Source of the DNA: Callorhinchus milii
Lineage: Eukaryota
Direction of reading: 5' to 3'
NCBI RefSeq assembly: GCF_018977255.1
Contig: NW_024704743.1
Coordinates: 3,350,001 to 3,414,000, forward strand
DNA: 64,000 nt
Shown in pieces: positions 14,801 through 29,800 of the stretch. Numbering within the stretch: position 1 is the first letter of the stretch; each line of letters starts with the position of its first letter. The notes beneath the pieces were generated by a model. That model saw nothing but the letters and a program-made list of their open reading frames with translations, was not told where the DNA came from and did no database searches. The position numbers and the translations under genes were made by a program.

Positions 14801-17800
14801 TAATAGTTTCTGGAATTACGTAAGCACTATGTGTCCCTCCAGGGAGAGATTGCGCATTCCATTCCAACAATCTATCGCTGGGATTTCCATGTGTAGGTGG
14901 GATGCATGGAATTCTCAGTTTGGTTTGGATACTCTTAAACACGATGATGGGTATCCGTATGTGTCAGACACTCGGCTGACACCGCCCCAGAAAAATCTTT
15001 CAGATCACAACTGAAGACCATCCACTTTGACTGTTGTCGGTCTCCTCCCCCTCTCCCACGGCTCGGCCATTGCCAAGCGCTCTGAGACGCTGCCCCATGT
15101 GAAGGGCACTGGGCAAGTGCAGGTTGTTGTTGTGGTTGAGTTGGGTAAGCGCAGGTTGATGCTGTGGCCACTGTTGATGTTCTTGTCCTTTCCCAGAAAC
15201 ATGGAGACCCACCAAGGACCCATGGACCACCACTAGGCGCCAAGGTAATGGAGACAGCCTGCTCTTGTCAATCTGGGCCTTTCTTCTATTTCTCAATGGA
15301 ATTGCTTCGTAAGGAATCGACCTCTGGTGAAATTCCACTCCATTCCTTACAAGCAATCCCGTTCGAGGGCTCAATTATTCTCCTGTTTCTCTGTGAAGTG
15401 CTTTAAGACATGTCAATGATGTGATAAGGAGCTATATTGAATGTAAGGATTATTAGTATCAATTACGATAGTTCCATCAGGACATCTGCACAGTGAAGGA
15501 GCCGCCAACCAACTCAATACGTTGGTCTGGCTATTGCTTGAAAGTTCTATGGGATGAGGGTTAACATCAGTGACACAACTTGGCCTTGTGTTGTGTAGCT
15601 CACGTCATCGATTTCAAGGTTCTATTTCTCATCTTCAAACTTTTCACGTATCGGCACCTCCCTATCTTTGTAACCGGCTTTCTACCCACTCCTCCACTCG
15701 CTGCCTCTATTCAGTTGGCTCAGGGCTCCTATTTGTCCTTTGTTCCCTCCACTCCACAAGCGATGGCTGCGCTTTCAACACTACTCTCCGAAGCTTTGGA
15801 AATGACTCCCTCTGCATCGTCCACTCCTTCCTCACTTTTAGATTTTCCAGGGCACTGCTGATGACAGCACAGACAGCCTGGCTCATCAGCAGGACCTGGA
15901 AGGGCAGACCAGTCACTTAGGGCAGGGATTCATCCCACTCATGTCTTGTTAACCCTGCAAGCCAAAGCCCTGATAGTTAGGGTGGTCCTTGCTGGAGAAG
16001 CAGTGGGAAAGCTTGCCGGACAGCAACATCAATTGCAAACTATGTGGTTTTAGATGGTTAGGCTTGAGCAGTTACCCCTAATGCAGACTCTGGGATCCCC
16101 AAGCCTTGGCTCTTGCCAGCCTACGCCTAATAGTTTCTGGAATTACGTAAGCACTATGTGTCCCTCCAGGGAGAGATTGCGCATTCCATTCCAACAATCT
16201 ATCGCTGGGATTTCCATGTGTAGGTGGGATGCATGGAATTCTCAGTTTGGTTTGGATACTCTTAAACACGATGATGGGTATCCGTATGTGTCAGACACTC
16301 GGCTGACACCGCCCCATAAAAATCTTTCAGATCACAACTGAAGACCATCCACTTTGATTGTTTTGTTGGTCTCCTCCCCCCTCTCCCACGGCTCGGCCAT
16401 TGCCAAGCGCTCTGAGACGCTGCCCCATGTGAAGGGCACTGGGCAAGTGCAGGTTGTTGTTGTGGTTGAGTTGGGTAAGCGCAGGTTGATGCTGTGGCCA
16501 CTGTTGATATTCTTGTCCTTTCCCAGAAACATGGAGACCCACCAAGGACCCATGGACCACCACAGCGCCAAGGTAATGGAGACAGCCTGCTCTTGTCAAT
16601 CTGGGCCTTTCTTCTATTTCTCAATGGAATTGCTTCGTAAGGAATCGACCTCTGGTGAAATTCCACTCCATTCCTTACAAGCAATCCCGTTCGAGAGGCT
16701 CAATTATATGCTCCTGTTTCTCTGTGAAGTGCTTTAAGACATGTCAATGATGTGATAAGGAGCTATATTGAATGTAAGGATTATTAGTATCAATTACGAT
16801 AGTTCCATCAGGACATCTGCACAGTGAAGCAGCCGCCAACCATCTCAACACCTGGGTCTGGCTATTGCTTGAAAGTTTCTATGGGATGAAGGTTAACATC
16901 AGTGACACAACTTGGCCTTGTGTTGTGTAGCTGAAGTCATCGATTTCAAGGTTCTATTTCTCATCTTCAAACTTTTCACGTATCGGCACCTCCCTATCTT
17001 TGTAACCGGCTTTCTACCCACTCCTCCACTCGCTGCCTCTATTCAGTTGGCTCAGGGCTCCTATTTGTCCTTTGTTCCCTCCACTCCACAAGCGATGGCT
17101 GCGCTTTCAACACTACTCTCCGAAGCTTTGGAAATGACTCCCTCTGCATCGTCCACACCTTCCTCACTTTTTGATCTTCCAGGGCACTGCTGATGACAGC
17201 ACAGACAGCCTGGCTCATCAGCAGGACCTGGAAGGGCAGACCAGTCACTCGGGGCAGTGATTCATCATGCTCATGTCTTGTTAACCCTGCAAGCCAAAGC
17301 CCTGATAGTTAGGGTGGTCCTTGCTGGAGAAGCAGTGGGAAAGCTTGAAATCGATGACAGTTCACGTTGTGTCACTGATGTTAACCTCAACATCAATTGC
17401 AAACTATGTGGTTTTAGATGGTTAGGCTTGAGCAGTTACCCCTAATGCAGACTCTGGGATCCCCAAGCCTTGGCTCTTGACAGCCTACGCCTAATAGTTT
17501 CTGGAATTACGTAAGCACTATGCGTCCCTCCAGGGAGAGATTGCGCATTCCATTCCAACAATCTATCGCTGGGATTTCCATGTGTAGGTGGGATGCATGG
17601 AATTCTCAGTTTGGTTTGGATACTTTTAAACACGATGATGGGTATCCGTATGTGTCAGACACTCGGCTGACACCGCCCCAGAAAAATCTTTCAGATCACA
17701 ACTGAAGACCATCCACTTTGACTGTTTGTTCGGTCTCCTCCCCCTCTCCCACGGCTCGGCCATTGCCAAGTGCTCTGAAACGCTGCCCCATGTGAAGGGC

Positions 17801-20800
17801 ACTGGGCAAGTGCAGGTAGTTGTTGTGGTTGAGTTGGGTAAGCGCAGGTTGATGCTGTGGCCACTGTTGATGTTCTTCTCCTTTCCCAGAAACATGGAGA
17901 CCCACCAAGGACCCATGGACCACCACCAGGCGCCAAGGTAATGGAGACAGCCTGCTCTTGTCAATCTGGGCCTTTCTTCTATTTCTCAATGGAATTGCTT
18001 CGTAAGGAATCGACTTCTGGTGAAATTCCACTCCATTCCTTTCCAGCAATCCCGTTCGAGGGGCTCAATGCTATTCTCCTGTTCCTCTGTGAAGTGCTTT
18101 GAGACATGTCAATGTTCTGATAAGGAGCTATATTGAATGCAAGGATTATTACTGTTAATAACGATAATTCCATCAAGACAATTGCATAGTTAAGGAGCCG
18201 CCAACCAACTCAACACCTTGGTCTGGCTATTGCTTGAAAGGTTCTATGGGATGAGGGTTAACATCAGTGACACAACTTGGCCTTGTGTTGTGTAGCTGAA
18301 GTCATCGATTTCAAGGTTCTATTTCTCATCTTCAAACTTTTCACGTATCGGCACCTCCCTATCTTTGTAACCGGCTTTCTACCCACTCCTCCACTCGCTG
18401 CCTCTATTCAGTTGGCTCAGGGCTCCTATTTGTCCTTTGTTCCCTCCACTCCACAAGCGATGGCTGCGCTTTCAACACTACTCTCCGAAGCTTTGGAAAT
18501 GACTCCCTCTGCATCGTCCACTCCTTCCTCACTTTTAGATCTTCCAGGGCACTGCTGATGACAGCACAGACAGCCTGGCTCATTGGCAGGACCTGGAAGG
18601 GCAGACTTGTCACTCGGGGCAGGGATTCATCCCACTCATGTCTTGTTAACCCTGCAAGCCAAAGCCCTGATAGTTAGGGTGGTCCTTGCTGGAGAAGCAG
18701 TGGGAAAGCTTGCCGGACAGCAACATCAATTGCAAACTATGTGGTTTTAGATGGTTAGGCTTGAGCAGTTACCCCTAATGCAGACTCTGGGATCCCCAAG
18801 CATTGGCTCTTGCCAGCCTACGCCTAATAGTTTCTGGAATTACGTAAGCACTATGTGTCCCTCCAGGGAGAGATTGCGCATTCCATTCCAACAATCTATC
18901 GCTGGGATTTCCATGTGTAGTTGGGATGCATGGAATTCTCAGTTTGGTTTGGATGCTTTTAACACGATGATGGGTATCCGTATGTGTCAGACACTCGGCT
19001 GACACCGCCCCAGAAAAATCTTTCAGATCACAACTGAAGACCATCCACTTTGACTGTTTGTTCGGTCTCCTCCCCCCTCTCCCACAGCTCGGCCTTTGCC
19101 AAGCGCTCTGAGACCCTGCCCCATGTGAAGGGCAATGGGCAAGTGAAGGTTATTGTTGTGGTTGAGTTGGGTAAGTGCAGGTTGATGCTTTGGCCACTGT
19201 TGATGTTCTTCTCCTTTCCCAGAAACATGGAGACCCACCAAGGACCCATGGACCACCACCAGGCGCCAAGGTAATGGAGACAGCTTGCTCTTGTCAATCT
19301 GGGCCTTTCTTCTATTTCTCAATGGAATTGCTTCATAAGGAATCGACTTCTGGTGAAATTCCACTCCATTCCTTACCAGCAATCCCGTTCGAGGGGCTCA
19401 ATGCTATTCTCCTGTTCCTCTGTGAAGTGCTTTGAGACATCTCAATGATGTGATATGGAACTATATTGAATGCAAGTACTAATAATCATAATAATAATAA
19501 TAATAATAAATCAGTACTAATAACGATAGTTACATCAGGACATCTGCACAGTGAAGGAGCCGCCAACCAACTCAACACCTTGGTCTGGCTATTGCTTGAA
19601 AGTTTCTATGGGATGAAGGTTAACATCAGTGACACAACTTGAACTTGTGTTATGTAGCTCACGTCATCGATTTCAAGCTTGTATTTCTCGTCTTCAAACC
19701 TTTCCTCCACCTCCCTTTCTTTCTAACCAGCTTTCTACCCACTTCTCCTCTCGCTACCTCTATTCAGTTGGCTCAGGGCTCCTGCTTGTCCCTTGGTCCC
19801 TCTGCTCCAAAATTGCTGGCTGCCCATTCAGCCACTACTCTCCGAAGCTTTGGAAATTTTTCCCTCAATCCCTCTGCATCATTCTCTCCTTTCTCACTTT
19901 TCGATCTTCCAGGGCACTGCTGATGGCAGCACAGACAGCCTGGCTCATCGGCAGGACCTGGACGGGCAGACCAGTCACTTGGGGCAGGGATTCATCCCAT
20001 TCATTTCTTCTTAACCCAGCAAGCCAAAGCCGTAACGGTTTGGGTGATCCTAGTTGGACAAGCAGCGGGAAAGCTTGCCGGACAATAACATCAACTGCAA
20101 ACTATGTTGTTTTAGATAGTTAGGCTTGAGCAGTTACCCCTAATGCAGACTCTGGGATCCCCAAGCCTTGGCTCTTGCCAGCCTATGCCTAATAGTTTCT
20201 GGAATTATGTAAGCACTATGTGTCCCTCTAGGGAGAGAATGCGCATTTCATTGCAACAAATTTTCTCTGGGATTTCCAAGTGTAGGTGGGCTGCATGGGA
20301 ATCTCAGCTTGGTTTGGATACTCTTAAACACGGTAATGGATTTCTGCATGTGTCAGACACCCGGCTGAGCACCACCGCCCCCCAAATCTTTCAAACCACA
20401 ACTGAAGACCATAAACTTCGACAGTCCTTATAGCCATCTCCCCCCGCTCACCCGGCAAAGGGCTCTGAGATGCTGCCTCATTTGACGGGCATTGGGCAAG
20501 TGCAGGTTGTTGTTGTGGTTGAGTTGGGTAAGTACAGGTTGATGCTGTGGCCACTGTTGATGTTCTTGTCCTTTCCCAGAAACATGGAAACCCACCAAGG
20601 ACCCGTGGACCACCACTAGGCGCCAAGGTAATGGAGACAGCCTGCTCTTGTCAATCTGGGCCTTTCTTCTATTTCTCAATGGAATTGCTTCGTAAGGAAT
20701 CGACCTCTGGTGAAATTCCACTCCATTGCTTACCAGCAATGTCGTTCGAGGGGCTCCTGTTTCTCTGTGAAGTGCTTTAAGACATGTCAATGATGTGATA

Positions 20801-23800
20801 AGGAGCTATATTGAATGTAAGGATTATTAGTATCAATTACGATAGTTCCATCAGGACATCTGCACAGTGAAGGAGCCGCCAACCAACTCAATACGTTGGT
20901 CTGGCTATCGCTTGAAAGGTTCTATGGGATGAAGGTTAACATCAATGACACAACTTGAACTTGTGTTGTGTAGCTCACGTCATCGATTTCAAGGTTCTAT
21001 TTCTCGTCTTCAAACCTTTCACGTATCGACATCTCCCTATCTTTCTAACCTGCTTTCTACCCACTCCTCCACTCGCTGCCTCTATTCAGTTGGCTCAGGG
21101 CTCCTGCTTGTCCTTTGTTCCCTCCACTGACAAGCACTGGTTGCGCTTTCAACACGACTCTCTGAAGCTTTGGAAATTACTCCCTCTACATCGTCCCCTC
21201 CTTCCTCAATTTTAGATCTTCCAGGGCACTGCTGATGGCAGCACAGACAGCCTGGCTCATCGGCACGACCTGGAAGGGCAGACCAGTCACTCGGGGCTGG
21301 GACTCATCCCATTCATGTCTTGTTAACCCTGCAAGCCAAAGCCCTGATAGTTAGGGTGTTCCTTGCTGGACAAGCAGTGGGAAAGCTTGCCGGACAGCAA
21401 CATCAATTGCAAACCATTCGGTTTTAGATGGTTAGACTTCAGCAGTTACCCCTAATGCAGACTCTGGTATCCACAAGCCTTGGCTTTTGCCAAAATGCAC
21501 CTAATAGTTTCATGAATTAGTTAAGCAGGATGTGTCCGTCCAGGAGAGAGATTGCGCATTCCATTCCAACATCTATCGCTGGGATTTCCATGTGTAGGTG
21601 GGATGCATGGAATTCTCAGTTTGGTTTGGATACTCTTAAATACGGTGATGTCTATCCGTATGTGTCAGCTGACACCGTCCCAGAAAAATCTTTCAGATGA
21701 CAACTGAAGACCATCCACTTTGACTGTTTGTTCGGTCTCCTCCCCCTCTCCCATGGCTCGGCGATTGCCAAGCGCTCTGAAACGCTGCATATGTGAAGGG
21801 CACTGGGCAAGTGCAGGTTGTTGTTGTGGTTGAGTTGGGTAAGTGCAGGTTGATGCTGTGGCCACTGTTGATGTTCTTCTCCTTTCCCAGAAACATGGAG
21901 ACCCACCAAGGACCCATGGACCACCACCAGGCGCCAAGGTAATGGAGACAGTCTGCTCTTGTCAATCTGGGCCTTTCTTGTATTTCTCAGTGGAATTGCT
22001 TCGTAAGGAATCGACTTCTGGTGAAATTCCACTCCATTCCTTACCAGCAATCCCGTTCGAGGGGCTCAATGATATTCTCCTGTTCCTCTGTGAAGTGCTT
22101 TGAGACATGTCAATGATGTGATAAGGAGGTATATTGAATGTAAGGATTATTACTATTAATAACGATAGTTCCATCAGGACATCTGCACAGTGAAGGAGCC
22201 GCCAACCAACTCAACACCTTGGTCTGGCTATTGCTTGAAAGGTTCTATGGGATGAAGGTTAACATCAGTGACACAACTTGAACTTGTGTTGTGTAGCTCA
22301 CGTCATCGATTTCAAGGTTCTATTTCTCGTCTTCAAACCTTTCACGTATCGGCACCTCCCTACCTTTCTAACCTGCTTTCTACCCAGTCCTCCACTCGCT
22401 GCCTCTATTCAGTTGGCTCAGGGCTCCTATTTGTCCTTTGTACCCTCCACTCCACAAGCGATGGCTGCGCTTTCAATACTACTCTCCGAAGTTTTGGAAA
22501 TTACTCCCTCTGCATCGTCCACACCTTCCTCACTTTTAGATCTTCCAGGGCACTGCTGATGACAGCACAGACAGCCTGGCTCATCAGCAGGACCTGGAAG
22601 GGCAGACCAGTCACTCGGGGCAGGGATTCATCCCACTCATGTCTTGTTAACCCTGCAAGCCAAAGCCCTGATAGTTAGGGTGTTCCTTGCTGGGCAAGCA
22701 GTGGGAAAGCTTGCCGCACAGCAACATCAATTGCAAACTATGCGGTTTTAGATGGTTAGACTTCAGCAGTTACCCCTAATGCAGACTAGGGTTCCCCAAG
22801 CCTTGTCTTTTGCCAAACTGCAACTCCCCTCTCCCACAGCTCGGCCTTTGCCAAGCGCTCTAAGACCCTGCCCCATGTGAAGGGCAATGGGCAAGTGAAG
22901 GTTATTGTTGTGGTTGAGTTGGGTAAGTGCAGGTTGATGCTTTGGCCACTGTTGATGTTCTTCTCTTTTCCTAGAAACATGGAGACCCACCAAGGACCCA
23001 TGGACCACCACCAGGCGCCAAGGTAATGGAGACAGCCTGCTCTTGTCAATCTGGGCCTTTCTTCTATTTCTCAATGGAATTGCTTCATAAGGAATCGACT
23101 TCTGGTGAAATTCCACTCCATTCCTTACCAGCAATCCCGTTCGAGGGGCTCAATGATATTCTCCTGTTCCTCTGTGAAGTGCTTTGAGACATGTCAATGA
23201 TGTGATAAGGAGCTATATTGAATGTAAGAATTATTAGTATTAATAACGATAGTTCCATCAGGACATCTGCACAGTGAAGGAGCCGCCAACCAACTCAACA
23301 CCTTGGTCTGGCTATTGCTTGAAAGTTTCTATGGGATGAAGGTTAACATCAGTGACACAACTTGAACTTGTGTTGTGTAACTCAAGTCATCGATTTCAAG
23401 TTTCTATTTCTCGTCTTCAAACCTTTCACCTATCGACATCTCCCTATCTTTCTAACCTGCTTTCTACCCACTCCTCCACTCGCTGCCTCTATTCAGTTGG
23501 CTCAGGGCTCCTGCTTGTCCTTTGTTCCCTCCACTGACAAGCACTGGTTGCGCTTTCAACACGACTCTCTGAAGCTTTGGAAATTACTCCCTCAACATCG
23601 TCCCCTCCTTCCTCAATTTTAGATCTTCCAGGGCACTGCTGATGGCAGCACAGACAGCCTGGCTCATCGGCCTGACCTGGAAGGGCAGACCAGTCACTTG
23701 GGACTCATCCCATTCATGTCTTGTTAACCCTTCAAGCCAAAGCCCGAATGGTTAGCTGGTCTCGCAGTACAAGCAGTGGGAAAGCTTGCCGGACAGCAAC

Positions 23801-26800
23801 ATCAATTGCAAACCATTCGGTTTTAGATGGTTAGACTTCAGGAGTTACCCCTAATGCAGACTCTGGTATCCACAAGCCTTGGCTTTTGCCAAAATGCACC
23901 TAATAGTTTCATGAATTAGTTAAGCAGGATGTGTCCGTCCAGGGAGAGAGATTGCGCATTCCATTCCAACAATCTATCGCTGGGATTTCCATGTGTAGGT
24001 GGGATGCATGGAATTCTCAGTTTGGTTTGGATACTCTTAAATACGGTGATGTCTATCCGTATGTGTCAGCTGACACCGTCCCAGAAAAATCTTTCAGATG
24101 ACAACTGAAGACCATCCACTTTGACTGTTTGTTCGGTCTCCTCCCACCTCTCCCATGGCTCGGCGATTGCCAAGCGCTCTGAAACGCTGCATATGTGAAG
24201 GGCACTGGGCAAGTGCAGGTTGTTGTTGTGGTTGAGTTGGGTAAGTGCAGGTTGATGCTGTGGCCACTGTTGATGTTCTTCTCCTTTCCCAGAAACATGG
24301 AGACCCACCAAGGACCCATGGACCACCTCCAGGCGCCAAGGTAATGGAGACAGTCTGCTCTTGTCAATCTGGGCCTTTCTTGTATTTCTCAGTGGAATTG
24401 CTTCGTAAGGAATCGACTTCTGGTGAAATTCCACTCCATTCCTTACCAGCAATCCCGTTCGAGGGGCTCAATGATATTCTCCTGTTCCTCTGTGAAGTGC
24501 TTTGAGACATGTCAATGATGTGATAAGGAGGTATATTGAATGTAAGGATTATTACTATTAATAACGATAGTTCCATCAGGACATCTGCACAGTGAAGGAG
24601 CCGCCAACCAACTCAACACCTTGGTCTGGCTATTGCTTGAAAGGTTCTATGGGATGAAGGTTAACATCAGTGACACAACTTGAACTTGTGTTGTGTAGCT
24701 CACGTCATCGATTTCAAGGTTCTATTTCTCGTCTTCAAACCTTTCACGTATCGGCACCTCCCTACCTTTCTAACCTGCTTTCTACCCACTCCTCCACTCG
24801 CTGCCTCTATTCAGTTGGCTCAGGGCTCCTATTTGTCCTTTGTACCCTCCACTCCACAAGCGATGGCTGCGCTTTCAACACTACTCTCCGAAGTTTTGGA
24901 AATTACTCCCTCTGCATCGTCCACACCTTCCTCACTTTTAGATCTTCCAGGGCACTGCTGATGACAGCACAGACAGCCTGGCTCATCAGCAGGACCTGGA
25001 AGGGCAGACCAGTCACTCGGGGCAGGGATTCATCCCACTCATGTCTTGTTAACCCTGCAAGCCAAAGCCCTGATAGTTAGGGTGTTCCTTGCTGGGCAAG
25101 CAGTGGGAAAGCTTGCCGCACAGCAACATCAATTGCAAACTATGCGGTTTTAGATGGTTAGACTTCAGCAGTTACCCCTAATGCAGTCTAGGGTTCCCAA
25201 GCCTTGTCTTTTGCCAAACTGCAACTCCCCTCTCCCACAGCTCGGCCTTTGCCAAGCGCTCTAAGACCCTGCCCATGTGAAGGGCAATGGGCAAGTGAAG
25301 GTTATTGTTGTGGTTGAGTTGGGTAAGTGCAGGTTGATGCTTTGGCCACTGTTGATGTTCTTCTCTTTTCCTAGAAACATGGAGACCCACCAAGGACCCA
25401 TGGACCACTACCAGGCGCCAAGGTAATGGAGACAGCCTGCTCTTGTCAATCTGGGCCTTTCTTCTATTTCTCAATGGAATTGCTTCATAAGGAATCGACT
25501 TCTGGTGAAATTCCACTCCATTCCTTACCAGCAATCCCGTTCGAGGGCTCAATGATATTCTCCTGTTCCTCTGTGAAGTGCTTTGAGACATGTCAATGAT
25601 GTGATAAGGAGCTATATTGAATGTAAGAATTATTAGTATTAATAACGATAGTTCCATCAGGACATCTGCACAGTGAAGGAGCCGCCAACCAACTCAACAC
25701 CTTGGTCTGGCTATTGCTTGAAAGTTTCTATGGGATGAAGGTTAACATCAGTGACACAACTTGAACTTGTGTTGTGTAACTCAAGTCATCGATTTCAAGT
25801 TTCTATTTCTCGTCTTCAAACCTTTCACGTATCGACATCTCCCTATCTTTCTAACCTGCTTTCTACCCACTCCTCCACTCGCTGCCTCTATTCAGTTGGC
25901 TCAGGGCTCCTGCTTGTCCTTTGTTCCCTCCACTGACAAGCACTGGTTGCGCTTTCAACACGACTCTCTGAAGCTTTGGAAATTACTCCCTCTACATCGT
26001 CCCCTCCTTCCTCAATTTTAGATCTTCCAGGGCACTGCTGATGGCAGCACAGACAGCCTGGCTCATCGGCCGGACCTGGAAGGGCAGACCAGTCACTTGG
26101 GACTCATCCCATTCATGTCTTGTTAACCCTGCAAGCCAAAGCCCGAATGGTTAGCTGGTCTCGCAGTACAAGCAGTGGGAAAGCTTGCCGGACAGCAACA
26201 TCAATTGCAAACCATTCGGTTTTAGATGGTTAGACTTCAGGAGTTACCCCTAATGCAGACTCTGGTATCCACAAGCCTTGGCTTTTGCCAAAATGCACCT
26301 AATAGTTTCATGAATTAGTTAAGCAGGATGTGTCCGTCCAGGGAGAGAGATTGCGCATTCCATTCCAACAATCTATCGCTGGGATTTCCATGTGTAGGTG
26401 GGATGCATGGAATTCTCAGTTTGGTTTGGATACTCTTAAATACGGTGATGTCTATCCGTATGTGTCAGCTGACACCGTCCCAGAAAAATCTTTCAGATGA
26501 CAACTGAAGACCATCCACTTTGACTGTTTGTTCGGTCTCCTCCCCCCTCTCCCATGGCTCGGCGATTGCCAAGCGCTCTGAAACGCTGCATATGTGAAGG
26601 GCACTGGGCAAGTGCAGGTTGTTGTTGTGGTTGAGTTGGGTAAGTGCAGGTTGATGCTGTGGCCACTGTTGATGTTCTTCTCCTTTCCCAGAAACATGGA
26701 GACCCACCAAGGACCCATGGACCACCACCAGGCGCCAAGGTAATGGAGACAGTCTGCTCTTGTCAATCTGGGCCTTTCTTGTATTTCTCAATGGAATTGC

Positions 26801-29800
26801 TTCGTAAGGAATCGACTTCTGGTGAAATTCCACGCCATTCCTTACCAGCAATCCCGTTCGAGGGGCTCAATCATATTCTCCTGTTCCTCTGTGAAGTGCT
26901 TTGAGACATGTCAATGATGTGATAAGGAGCTATATTGAATGTAAGGATTATTACTATTAATAACGATAGTTCCATCAGGACATCTGCACAGTGAAGGAGC
27001 CGCCAACCAACTCAACACCTTGGTCTGGCTATTGCTTGAAAGTTTCTATGGGATGAAGGTTAACATCAGTGGCACAACTTGGCCTTGTGTTGTATTCCTT
27101 AAGCCATGGATTTCAAGGTCCACTTATTCATCTTCAAACCTTTCACACCATGGCACCTCCCAACCTTTCTGAACTGCATTCTAACTACTCTACCACCCGC
27201 TGCCACTGCTCAGATGGCTCCGGCCTCCTCCTTGTTCCTTGACCCCTCCACTCCACCATTGCTGGCTGCGATGTCAGTCACTACTCTGCAGATCTTCGGA
27301 AATTTCTCCCTTAATTCCTTTGCTTCGCCCCCTACTTTCTGACTTTTAGATCTTCCAGGGCACTGCTGATTACAGCACAGACAGCCTGGCTCATCGGTAG
27401 GACCTGGAAAGGCAGACCAGTCAATCGGGGCAGGGATTCATCCCATTTATGCCTGATTAACTGTGCAAGTCAAAGCCCTAACGGATAGGGTGGTCCCAGC
27501 TGGACAAGCAGTGGGAAAGCTTGCGGGACAGCAATATCTATTGCAAGCTACATGGCTTTAGCTCGTTAGACTCTGGCAGTTACTCCCAATGCAGACTCTG
27601 GGATCCCCAAGCCTTGGCTCTTGCCAAACTGCACCTAATAGTTTAGCAGGATGCGTGCCTCCAGGGAGAAAGATCGTGCTTTCCATTGCATCAATCTATC
27701 TCTGGCACTTCCATGTGTCGGTGGGATACGTGGGAATCTCAGCTTGGTTTAGATACTCATCAATTCGAAGATGGGTTTCCGCATGTGTCAGACACCAGGC
27801 CTTCTCCTCTGAAAAAAAATCTTTCAGATCACAACTGAAGACCATCCACTTGAACTGTCCTTATGATCACCTCCCCCCTCTGCCCCGGCTCGGCCATTGC
27901 CAAGCACTCCGAAACACTGCCCCATGTGAAGGGCACTGGGCAAGTGCAGTTTGTTGTTAATGTGTTGGGTAAGTGCAGGTAGATGCTGTGGCCACTGTTG
28001 ATGCTCTTGTCCTTACCCAGAACCCTGGACACCCACCAAGGACCCATGGACCACCACAAAGTGCCAAGGTAATGGAGACAGGCTGCTCATGTCAGCCTGG
28101 GCCTTTTTTCTATTTCTCAATGGAATTACTTCATAAGGAATCGAATGCCCATGACATTCCCACACCATTCCTTACAAGCAATCCTTTCGAGGGGCTCAAT
28201 GCTATTCTCCTGTTTCTCTGTTTTATTCTGTGAAATGCTTTGAGACATCTCAATGACGTGATAAGGAGTTGTATTGAATGCAAGGATTATTACTATTATT
28301 AACAATAGTTCCATCAGGACTAACCACACAGTGTGGGAGCTCGCCAACCAACACAACACCTTGGTCTAGCTCTTGGCTCAAGATTTCTCTGGGAGAAAGG
28401 TTGACTTCAGTGATACAATTTGGCCTTGTGTTGTGTAGTGGAAGCCATTGATTTCAATGTCCTCTTACTCGTCTTCAAACCTTTCACATCATGGCACCTC
28501 CATACCTTTCTGACCTGCTTTCCGCCCTCTCCACCAACCACTGTGTCTACTCAGCTGGCTCTGGGCTTCTGCTTTTCCCTTGTCCCATACAGTTTACCAT
28601 TGCTTGCCGCGCTTTCAGTCACTGCTCTCCAATGCTTTGGAAATCTCTCCCTGAATCCCTTTGCCTCGTCCACTCCTTCCTCTTTTTTAGATCTTCCAGG
28701 GCAATGCTGTTGACAGCACAGCCAGCCTGGCTCTTCGGCAGGACCTGGAAAGATAGACAAATCAATCGGGGCATGGACTCATCCCACTCGTGTCTTGTTA
28801 ACCCTGCAAGCCAAAGCCCGAACGGTTAGGGTGGTCCTAGCTAGATAAGCAGCGGGAAAGCTGGCCGGACAGCAATATCTATTGCAAGCTATGCGATTTT
28901 AGCTGGTTAGACTCTAGCAGGTACCTTCAACGCACACGCTGGGATCGCCAAGCCTTGGCTATTGCCAACCTGTGCCTAATAATTTCCGGAATTAGTTAAG
29001 CAGGATTCGTTCCTCCAGGGAGAGAGATTGCGCATTCCATTCCAACAACTTATCTGTGGGATTTCCATGTGTAGTGGGGATGCATGGGAATCTCAACTTG
29101 GTTTGGATACACCTAAACACGGTGATGGGTATCCGTATGTGTCATACACTCGGCTGATACCTCCCCAAAAATATCTGTCGGTTCACAACTGAAGACCATC
29201 CACTTCGACTGTTTTTTTGTTCTCCTCCCCCCTCTCCCACGGCTCGGCCATTGCCAAGCGCTCTGAGACGCTGCCCCATGTGAAGGGCACTGGGCAAGTG
29301 CAGGTTGTTGTTGTGGTTGAGTTGGGTAAGTGCAGTTTGATGCTGTGCCAACTGTTGATACTCTTATCCTTTCCCAGAACCCTGGACACCCACCAAGGAC
29401 CCGTGGACCACCACAAGGCGCCAAGGTAATGGAGACAGCCTGCTCTGGGCCTTTCTTCTATTTCTCAATGGAATTGTTTCATAAGGAATCGACTTCCCTT
29501 GACATTCCCACAGTATTCCTTACAAACATACCCGTTCGAGGGGCAAAATGATATTCTCCTGATTCTCTGTTTTATCTGTGAAGCGCTTTGAGACATCTCA
29601 ATGATGTTATAAGGAGTTACATTGAATGCAAGGTTATTACTATGATTAACAATAGTTCCATCAGGACTGACCAAACAGTGAGGGAGCTCGCCAACCAACA
29701 CAACACCTTGGTCTGGCTCTCGGTTCAAAGTTTCTCTGGGAGAAAGGTTAACATCAGTGTGACAATTTGGTCTTGTGTTGTGCAGCTCAAGCCATCGATT

